IMG/VR virus record: IMGVR_UViG_2904150443_000004
Location: 64,001 to 128,000 of that record
Direction: 5' to 3' (one strand)
From: a virus
Lineage: Duplodnaviria > Caudoviricetes
Length of the DNA stretch: 64,000 nucleotides
A program made the translations under genes and the position numbers. This document shows positions 57,813-64,000 of this stretch, piece by piece; the stretch's first letter is position 1; the number at the start of each line of letters is the position of its first letter. The notes under the pieces are model-generated. The model saw only the letters and a list, made by a program, of their open reading frames with translations, had not been told where the DNA came from and did no database searches.

Positions 57813-58127
57813 ATGGAGAAAGAGGTGAGAAATATTCCAGAGTTTATCTATGAAACTAAAAACGGTAAATACTCATTTGAAGACACAGGAAGTTGTATCG
57901 TTATTTGGAGGAATGGTAGGAAATGGGGATCACCACCGATGGATGGTGCACTAAGATCAGTAATCAATGATTTAATTGAACTTAGAGAAGAAAACTGTAG
58001 GCTTAAAGAAGAGTTGAGTGACTATACGAGAAAACTGATTAATGCTCGATCATCAACTGCTATACCGTTTCATAAGATGAGCGAGAAGGCTCGACGAGAG
58101 ACGGTCGAAGCAATGCTTGATGAATAA
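57813..58127 (+). CDS. hypothetical protein
   Basis: Bracketed by palindromes 57797 and 58131. Confidence 0.6.
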   Translation: MEKEVRNIPEFIYETKNGKYSFEDTGSCIVIWRNGRKWGSPPMDGALRSVINDLIELREENCRLKEELSDYTRKLINARSSTAIPFHKMSEKARRETVEAMLDE

Positions 58128-58166
58128 TTTTTGAAAGAGGATTTTCATGAGGGAAGGAGATTATAA

Positions 58167-58448
58167 ATGGCTGAAGGTGTAGTAAGAGCAGTACCCAAGG
58201 AACCGTTAATCGGTGAAGAGATAGCTTCAAAGCATGGCTATGAGATCAATAATGCACTATGGCAGCTAAAAGCATTCCATACTGAACACGGAGGAAGTCC
58301 AGTAATTACAGGAGTTGTTACTTTGGATGCAACAATTAGATCTAGAACTGTTCCCAGATATAAGCTGCTTTTCCCGGATGGGTTTATTGACTACGCAAAA
58401 GTTGATAATTTTGATACGTTCTACATTTTAGTTCCAGAATCATTTTAA
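58167..58448 (+). CDS. hypothetical protein
   Basis: AAGGAG RBS. Confidence 0.65.
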   Translation: MAEGVVRAVPKEPLIGEEIASKHGYEINNALWQLKAFHTEHGGSPVITGVVTLDATIRSRTVPRYKLLFPDGFIDYAKVDNFDTFYILVPESF

Positions 58449-58482
58449 CCAAAACTGCGAGTATAAAATTATGGGGAGATAA

Positions 58483-58989
58483 TTGTATATGAGTGATAAA
58501 CTATATTTTAAGATAAAGCAAGGGACTAAATATGATAAAGCAGTAAAAGAGCACTTCAAACTCAGAAAACTTTGGACTAATGTCTTTCCTTTAGTGAGTG
58601 AGTTATTAAGTGAGCAGATTACAAGAATCGCACGTCATCCAGATGATTTATACATAGATACTTCAGAAATAAAAAATGAAGAGAATAAAAAACTATTTAA
58701 CCGAGAAGGAAAGCTGAAATCGAACACAAAGAGAGCAAAAGAGATCCATGAAGAATATAAGAGAATTATTCAAAAAGTTGGATTAACTGAATTTAGAGAT
58801 CTAGGTACGATTAACTTTATCTATGGTGTAATGAGACTTTCAGGAGAGCACTTAAAGAGTTACCGTACAAGTGATGATGATATTTATTACGAATGTGATT
58901 TTGATCTTGAAAAGCGTTCTAATGGATTAGTTGTGCCAATTACTGAGATCGAATATCAAGAAAAGTATCTTGAAGAGCTAAAGAAGTAA
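58483..58989 (+). CDS. hypothetical protein
   Basis: ORF. Confidence 0.7.
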   Translation: MYMSDKLYFKIKQGTKYDKAVKEHFKLRKLWTNVFPLVSELLSEQITRIARHPDDLYIDTSEIKNEENKKLFNREGKLKSNTKRAKEIHEEYKRIIQKVGLTEFRDLGTINFIYGVMRLSGEHLKSYRTSDDDIYYECDFDLEKRSNGLVVPITEIEYQEKYLEELKK

Positions 58990-59003
58990 AAGGAGGAAGA
59001 CGA

Positions 59004-59135
59004 ATGAAAGCAGATAATGCGTTTTTATCAGCCTTAATCAATAAGCTTCAGGAAATAAGTGATAATACATGTGATCTAAATACCCAAACTGAGATAGATG
59101 AATTGATTGAAGCTGCTGTTAACTCATTAGAATAA
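59004..59135 (+). CDS. small hypothetical protein (43 aa)
   Basis: AAGGAGG RBS; stop lies in palindrome 59132. Confidence 0.6.
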   Translation: MKADNAFLSALINKLQEISDNTCDLNTQTEIDELIEAAVNSLE

Positions 59136-59164
59136 AATAACCATTTCAAAGGAGGAAAGACAAT

Positions 59165-59539
59165 ATGCATATCGTTGAATTTACCACAGAAGAACTATGG
59201 GATATTGTGAATGGAAAGCATGAGTTTGCTCATATTGTACAAGAAAATACACACCGTGAAGGATGGTATATCTACTATGAGGTAATCTTCCAGTCTAATG
59301 GAGTTATGTATTCATTCGGCTACAAAGAGCACACTTCACCAAACGTTGCAGAGCGTGAAATCGTTAAAGAGTCAAAACCGCTTGATGTGCAGCCTGTACA
59401 CGTAAACCCTGATGAAGAGGCGCGGTTTATCTGGAAAGAGTTAATGAAGAGTAATAAAGGATACATAGGTGTTGAGGATATAAAAGAAATTATTGAATTA
59501 CAAGGAAAATATTTAGAGAGTATTAATATTTTCATTTAA
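59165..59539 (+). CDS. hypothetical protein
   Basis: AAGGAGG RBS. Confidence 0.7.
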   Translation: MHIVEFTTEELWDIVNGKHEFAHIVQENTHREGWYIYYEVIFQSNGVMYSFGYKEHTSPNVAEREIVKESKPLDVQPVHVNPDEEARFIWKELMKSNKGYIGVEDIKEIIELQGKYLESINIFI

Positions 59540-59562
59540 AAAATCGAAAGGGAGTATATAAC

Positions 59563-60009
59563 ATGGTATTTTGGACAATTGTATTTTTTACCATAAGTTT
59601 ACTTGCTGTTTTCAACAAGGGAATATTCTTTGAAACAATCAATAAATTGAATTTACTAAAAATCGAAAAAGCTGAAGGAATGAGTGAAGACGAATTCAAT
59701 GAAAAGTCAGTCAAGCAGGGATGTGTTCCACTCGCTTTAGCTATTATCTTACTTATCATTGAAGTATATTATTTAATTCAAGCCATTAATTATGATACGT
59801 ACAAATATCCAACTGTGACAGCTATTTTTCTAATCATTATCGGGTTATTAGCCAATAAGAAGATTAAAAAGGTAGAAGATATGAGCGAGAACGAGAGAAT
59901 TGTTTATAAGGCTGAAATACTTGCAAATAAACGCACACTATGGAGCTTAGTTAAATCAATTTTTTGGACTGTGTACTTTGGCTATATGTTTTATATTCTA
60001 GTATTTTGA
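59563..60009 (+). CDS. 4-TM membrane protein
   Basis: Four hydrophobic segments. Confidence 0.7.
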   Translation: MVFWTIVFFTISLLAVFNKGIFFETINKLNLLKIEKAEGMSEDEFNEKSVKQGCVPLALAIILLIIEVYYLIQAINYDTYKYPTVTAIFLIIIGLLANKKIKKVEDMSENERIVYKAEILANKRTLWSLVKSIFWTVYFGYMFYILVF

Positions 60010-60024
60010 AGGAGGGATTGGCTA

Positions 60025-60435
60025 ATGAAAGCAAAGTTTCATGGTATTGAAGTAGAAGGAACAGTAGAGGAAATTGTAAAACTGAAGAGCATTCTTGATG
60101 GACAAAGGAAAAAGGATACCGTTATTTATCATACAGTAACTTTACAAAATTCAAAAGAATGTGATTCTCTAGTTAAAGCTATTCAAGAATCACTTTCACA
60201 GCATATGAATTCCTTTAAAAAGCAGAATACTCATAGTTCTATGAAATGTTCTTGCAATGTGTTAGATGACATTGAAAAACTAAAAGAAGAATTCAATCTT
60301 TTAAAGAATGAGCTCGGTAACAAAGCAGATAAAGGGCATACTCATTCGGTATCCATTAATAATCACAATCATGGGAATCCACAAAATCTACAAGGTGGTG
60401 GAGGAACGTATATTACTTCTGTAGATCAGGTTTAG
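60025..60435 (+). CDS. hypothetical protein
   Basis: GGAGG RBS. Confidence 0.65.
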   Translation: MKAKFHGIEVEGTVEEIVKLKSILDGQRKKDTVIYHTVTLQNSKECDSLVKAIQESLSQHMNSFKKQNTHSSMKCSCNVLDDIEKLKEEFNLLKNELGNKADKGHTHSVSINNHNHGNPQNLQGGGGTYITSVDQV

Positions 60436-60443
60436 TTAATAAG

Positions 60444-60896
60444 ATAACAGTTTTTGATGTTGCAAATTTCTTCATACATAGATCACATTCTACTCGTAGG
60501 CCAATTGATGTACTGAAGTTACAATGCCTTTGCTATTACGCTCAAGCTTGGAGCTTGGTGTTTAATAATAAGCAGCTCTTTACTAGCACTTTTCAAGCAA
60601 CAGAAAGTGGTGTGCTAAATATGGAGCTGTATAAAAAGTACAGACATTTTGGATGGAATGGAATACCAGATGTAGAATGTGTGAGCGATATTTATACTGA
60701 TGATGAATTATGCTTACTTTACGAGGTATGGGATGTATACGGTAAAGAGGATCGAATGTTCTTGAAAAACTTTGTTCAAACTGAAGCTCCTTGGCTTAAG
60801 GCTGTACGAAATAAACATGGCGAGAGGATTATTAATGAGTATGACATGACGAAGTATTATGGCTCATTAGTAAACAAAATAATAGAGGTTGATTAA
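60444..60896 (+). CDS. Panacea/SocA (DUF4065)-like antitoxin-domain protein
   Basis: Frame extends upstream of the track start: TVFDVANFF...LKLQCLCYYAQAWSL...LF...YG...EAPW; start uncertain. Confidence 0.7.
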   Translation: MTVFDVANFFIHRSHSTRRPIDVLKLQCLCYYAQAWSLVFNNKQLFTSTFQATESGVLNMELYKKYRHFGWNGIPDVECVSDIYTDDELCLLYEVWDVYGKEDRMFLKNFVQTEAPWLKAVRNKHGERIINEYDMTKYYGSLVNKIIEVD

Positions 60897-61083
60897 TGTG
60901 GGATACATTGAAGCGATAGCTAATGTTGATTCATTAAGGAGAAGCATTAGAGAACTTTCGCAAATCTCTTGGGATGAAGTCTTATCACACGTCCCTGAGT
61001 CATATGATTTGTTAAATGAGGTTCAGCAGTATATTAAAAGTATCGATGACTCGTCCAAAGAACTTGAGCTGTTTTTCAAATGA
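60889..61083 (+). CDS. hypothetical protein
   Basis: ORF. Confidence 0.55.
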   Translation: MINVGYIEAIANVDSLRRSIRELSQISWDEVLSHVPESYDLLNEVQQYIKSIDDSSKELELFFK

Positions 61084-61121
61084 AATCATGTTTCTATTTT
61101 ATTAATGAAAGGGAAATTAGA

Positions 61122-61901
61122 TTGAATAGTCCAATTAAATGGGTTGGTGGAAAGTCAAGAATGGTTAAAAAGATGATTCCACTAATTCCTAATCATAAAG
61201 GGTATGTTGAAGTTTTTGGAGGAGCAGCATATTTACTATTCGGCAAGGATAGATCTAACTGGGAGATTGTTAATGATTTAGATAATGGTCTAATGAACTT
61301 TTGGTTTGTAGTTAAGAATGCAAAAGAAGAATTTCTAAATAGCTTCAAGTACACATTAATCAGCCGAGAGACATTCAATGATTATAAAAAGAAATGGAAA
61401 ACTGGTAATATTCATGATTCAATTGAAAGAGCACATGTATTCTATTATCTAGTAAATGCAGGCTTTGGGGCTGATATGAAGAATCCTGTTTTCGGGACAA
61501 AAAAAGATAAATTTCCATTGCAGCTAGATAAAATTCATCGAGATATTGATGAAGCCTATGAAAGAATTAAAACTGTGGTAATTGAACAATTAGATTTTAG
61601 AAAATGCATAGAAAAGTACGACAGCGACGACACTTTCTTTTATATCGATAGCCCATATAGAAACACTAAAGAGTATGCTGTGGGAAAGTTTACAGACAAT
61701 GATTATGAAGATTTATATCGTATTTGTAAAAACTGCAAGGGAAAGTGGCTTTATACAATAAACAATGATGAATACATAAGAGATTTATTCAAAGAATTCA
61801 ACATAATTAATCATGAAGTTTATTATAGCGTTTGTAAAACAAACAGCGGAAGACAGGAATTTAAAGAGTTAATTATTACTAACTATGATATAACAGAATA
61901 A
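61122..61901 (+). CDS. Dam-like N6-adenine DNA methyltransferase
   Basis: WVGGK, YVEVFGGA, IVNDLD, FYIDSPY (DPPY variant), ELIITNY. Confidence 0.88.
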   Translation: MNSPIKWVGGKSRMVKKMIPLIPNHKGYVEVFGGAAYLLFGKDRSNWEIVNDLDNGLMNFWFVVKNAKEEFLNSFKYTLISRETFNDYKKKWKTGNIHDSIERAHVFYYLVNAGFGADMKNPVFGTKKDKFPLQLDKIHRDIDEAYERIKTVVIEQLDFRKCIEKYDSDDTFFYIDSPYRNTKEYAVGKFTDNDYEDLYRICKNCKGKWLYTINNDEYIRDLFKEFNIINHEVYYSVCKTNSGRQEFKELIITNYDITE

Positions 61902-61938
61902 AATTAATCTTTTATTAGTTAATAAAAATATAAGGAGA

Positions 61939-62244
61939 ATGGTTATGGACAATAAAACTCTAAATGCAAATAACATTGAGGATGCAAAAGCAAAGATTTC
62001 TGATATCGAAGTGTATGGTAATGGAGATACGTTTGAACTGTTGTGCAAGGCAAGCTCTGAATCTCAGGGCTGGATGAAATCGACAAAGGTATGTAATTTG
62101 CCGAATGGATGCTTAGTGCAAGTATCAACCCAACAAAAAAATGTAGACGGTAGTTATAGTGTGGCTGAGGCAATAACATTTGTCCCTGATGTGAAGATGA
62201 TTCACTTTGATGGTTGTAATCCTCGCCTTGTTTCTTTGCAGTGA
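61939..62244 (+). CDS. conserved phage protein
   Basis: GWMKSTK...VQVSTQQ...AEAITFVP. Confidence 0.7.
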   Translation: MVMDNKTLNANNIEDAKAKISDIEVYGNGDTFELLCKASSESQGWMKSTKVCNLPNGCLVQVSTQQKNVDGSYSVAEAITFVPDVKMIHFDGCNPRLVSLQ

Positions 62245-62354
62245 AGCAGAAGTAAATAAGGAGGGTAATAGAATAGTGGTGTCAAGAACGAATTAGAACT
62301 GATTAGGGAACACGATATTTATATTAACCGATAAAAAAGGAGCTGTTTGGGATT

Positions 62355-62561
62355 ATGGAAAAATTGATAGTTAGTGAACTGAACAGATTGCAAGATGATT
62401 ATTTTGACGCTCAGGAAGAACTATTTTATCACAAAAATAAGTACAATGAATATCGTGATGAGTGTGTAAAAATTATAGAAGAAATTCGTAAAAACCTAAT
62501 ACGATTGCATGATATTAATCCAGCCAATGAATATGAGATTGAATCTGAAATTATCCTTTAG
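62355..62561 (+). CDS. hypothetical protein
   Basis: ORF. Confidence 0.55.
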   Translation: MEKLIVSELNRLQDDYFDAQEELFYHKNKYNEYRDECVKIIEEIRKNLIRLHDINPANEYEIESEIIL

Positions 62562-62573
62562 TCAAAATGATAC

Positions 62574-62837
62574 TTGGCTTATATGATAATGAAACAGTTC
62601 TTTTATAAGGGGGTGATACTACTGAATAAGTGTAAATTTGAGGTGGGGCACAATTATGGAAACTTGGATAACTCAATTGATTACTACAAAGAAAACCATG
62701 AGAGTGACATTATTTTTATTAAAGATACATCCGGAGCGATAGTTTCATTTAATCTTGATGAGGCCAAGAGTGTGATTCAGCGACTAGATGAACTTATTTA
62801 TGACGTAATGAGAGGTGTGCAACAGGAGGGACGCTAA
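62574..62837 (+). CDS. hypothetical protein
   Basis: ORF; true start probably downstream of palindrome 62589. Confidence 0.55.
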   Translation: MAYMIMKQFFYKGVILLNKCKFEVGHNYGNLDNSIDYYKENHESDIIFIKDTSGAIVSFNLDEAKSVIQRLDELIYDVMRGVQQEGR

Positions 62838-62838
62838 A

Positions 62839-63192
62839 CTGCTAATAGTGTGGGATTCAAAGACAGGTAATGTAGAAAGATTCATTAATAAGTTAAGCGT
62901 AAGCAATATAAGAATACATAGTGAGTTAATAGTGGATGAACCGTTTGCTCTAGTAACATACACCACTAAATTCGGAGAAGTTCCAGGCACCACTTTGCAA
63001 TTTCTAAAGAGTAACTACATGAACCTAAAAGGAGTTGCATCAAGTGGAAACAAAGCATGGGGAAATTACTATGGCATGGCTGCTAGTAAAATAGCCGAGA
63101 TGTACAGTGTACCAATCGTATTAAAGTTTGAGTTAAGTGGAACTAAATCAGATGTTGAATTATTTTTAATGGAGGCTAAAAAGATTGTCTAA
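62839..63192 (+). CDS. nrdI: class Ib RNR flavodoxin NrdI
   Basis: DSKTGNVERF, TYTT.FGEVP, SSGN..WG, FELSG; probable CTG start after AGGAGG. Confidence 0.93.
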   Translation: MLIVWDSKTGNVERFINKLSVSNIRIHSELIVDEPFALVTYTTKFGEVPGTTLQFLKSNYMNLKGVASSGNKAWGNYYGMAASKIAEMYSVPIVLKFELSGTKSDVELFLMEAKKIV

Positions 63193-64000
63193 CATTCCTA
63201 AGTATATTTCTTTAAACAATGAAATCATGATTCAAAAAGAAGGTAGATTCCAATTTGAAAAAGACAAAGAAGCAGCAAAGAGCTACTTTGTAGATCATGT
63301 TAATCAAAATACGGTATTTTTCCATGATCTAAAAGAGAAACTTGATTACCTTGTGGAAAATGACTATTACGAAAAAGAGTTCCTTGATAAATATACGTTT
63401 GAACAGATCAAAGAGGTTTTTAATATCACATACAGTAAGAAGTTCAGATTTTCATCTTACATGAGTGCGTTTAAGTTCTATAATGATTATGCATTGAAAA
63501 CGAATGATAAAAGTAAAATACTTGAAAGATATGAAGATAGACTATCTATTATGGCTCTATATTTGGCAGATGGTGACTTTAATAAGGCCAAGGATTTCAT
63601 ACATATTTTTATTGGTCAGGAGTATCAACCAGCAACGCCAACAACGTTGAATGCAGGGAAGAAGAGAAGAGGAGAACTTGTTAGTTGCTTCTTACTGGAG
63701 TGTAACGATTCACTGAACGATATTTCTAAGACGGTTGATATTGCGATGCAGCTATCAAAAATTGGTGGAGGCGTATCAATTAACCTGTCCAAGATTCGAG
63801 CTAAGGGAGAGGCAATAAAGGATATTGAGAATGCCACCAAAGGCGTTGTCGGTGTCATGAAGTTATTTGATCATGCCTTTAGATATGCAGATCAGATGGG
63901 GCAAAGGCAAGGATCTGGTGCTGTATACTTAAACGTATTTCATCGTGATATTATTGATTTCCTCGATACGAAAAAAATAAATGCAGACGAGGATTTTCGA
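63185..64000 (+). CDS. nrdE: class Ib ribonucleotide reductase alpha subunit, 3'-truncated by window
   Basis: TTG start; LNNEI...DKEAAKSYF...QPATPT.LNAG..RRGELVSCFLL...QMGQRQGSGAVYLNVFH; absent from the ORF track. Confidence 0.95.
   Translation, partial: MSNIPKYISLNNEIMIQKEGRFQFEKDKEAAKSYFVDHVNQNTVFFHDLKEKLDYLVENDYYEKEFLDKYTFEQIKEVFNITYSKKFRFSSYMSAFKFYNDYALKTNDKSKILERYEDRLSIMALYLADGDFNKAKDFIHIFIGQEYQPATPTTLNAGKKRRGELVSCFLLECNDSLNDISKTVDIAMQLSKIGGGVSINLSKIRAKGEAIKDIENATKGVVGVMKLFDHAFRYADQMGQRQGSGAVYLNVFHRDIIDFLDTKKINADEDFR

Larger units (their letters stand above)
652..62606. repeat. Dispersed 18-bp palindrome ATRAAA-N6-TTTYAT at gene junctions
   Basis: Perfect copies start at 652, 2226, 3038, 4892, 6754, 13379, 18297, 20891, 22372, 23656, 24978, 30130, 31248, 32911, 34064, 35559, 38334, 44184, 46815, 51217, 53012, 57040, 57797, 61898, 62589. 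One-mismatch copies start at 4610, 5564, 7613, 8019, 8392, 16003, 21250, 24378, 25529, 25857, 26590, 29879, 30693, 31472, 31724, 32121, 36506, 47711, 54736, 58131, 59132, 61080. Confidence 0.93.
1..64000. mobile_element. SPbeta-like temperate phage/prophage segment (early/replication arm)
   Basis: YopQ/YopR-like pair, YorF/G/H/I/J/K-like replication genes, UvrX/YolD, YopX, Gp157, nrdI-nrdE, and dense co-oriented small ORFs. No host housekeeping synteny. Confidence 0.9.

Noticed and set aside
652-62606. Palindromes as a CRISPR array or as terminators
   Set aside because: Spacing is irregular and gene-sized, the centre is variable, and the stems are short and AU-rich without a consistent U-tract.
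8439-63858. Many other minus-strand or alternate-frame ORFs in the track
   Set aside because: They overlap well-supported genes, lack an RBS and have antisense-like composition. For example, 63625-63858 lies inside nrdE.
63185-64000. Intron or intein in nrdE, as in SPbeta
   Set aside because: The visible part reads as continuous NrdE; the rest is outside the window.

Overview
The window is an AT-rich 64 kb segment of a large SPbeta-like temperate phage or prophage of a Bacillales host (Paenibacillus-like by protein style; inference). Almost all genes are on the + strand. It covers the repressor, replication and nucleotide-metabolism arm. Repressor region: a YopQ-like DGQHR/DndB protein and a YopR/MrpR-like tyrosine-recombinase-fold repressor. 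Replication: SSB, Sak4-type ATPase, UvrD and DnaB helicases, primase and RecJ. Nucleotide and DNA metabolism: thymidylate kinase, deoxyribonucleotidase, PolY/YolD under LexA boxes, a Dam-like MTase and nrdI-nrdE (truncated by the window end). Also present are ParM/ParR, two tRNAs (Ile2-CAT, Arg-CCT) and about 100 small accessory ORFs. Two things stand out. (1) Directly downstream of the repressor is a four-gene, kinase-free Agr-like peptide module: AgrB, a multi-TM membrane protein with no kinase domain, a 35-aa AgrD-like peptide missed by the ORF track, and a stand-alone LytTR protein with no receiver domain. It is a candidate non-arbitrium phage communication system. (2) An 18-bp palindrome, ATRAAA-N6-TTTYAT, was found by eye 25 times perfectly and 22 more times with one mismatch. 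The copies lie between genes and bracket the accessory genes like cassette boundaries. All calls come from motif recognition by eye, with no database searches.
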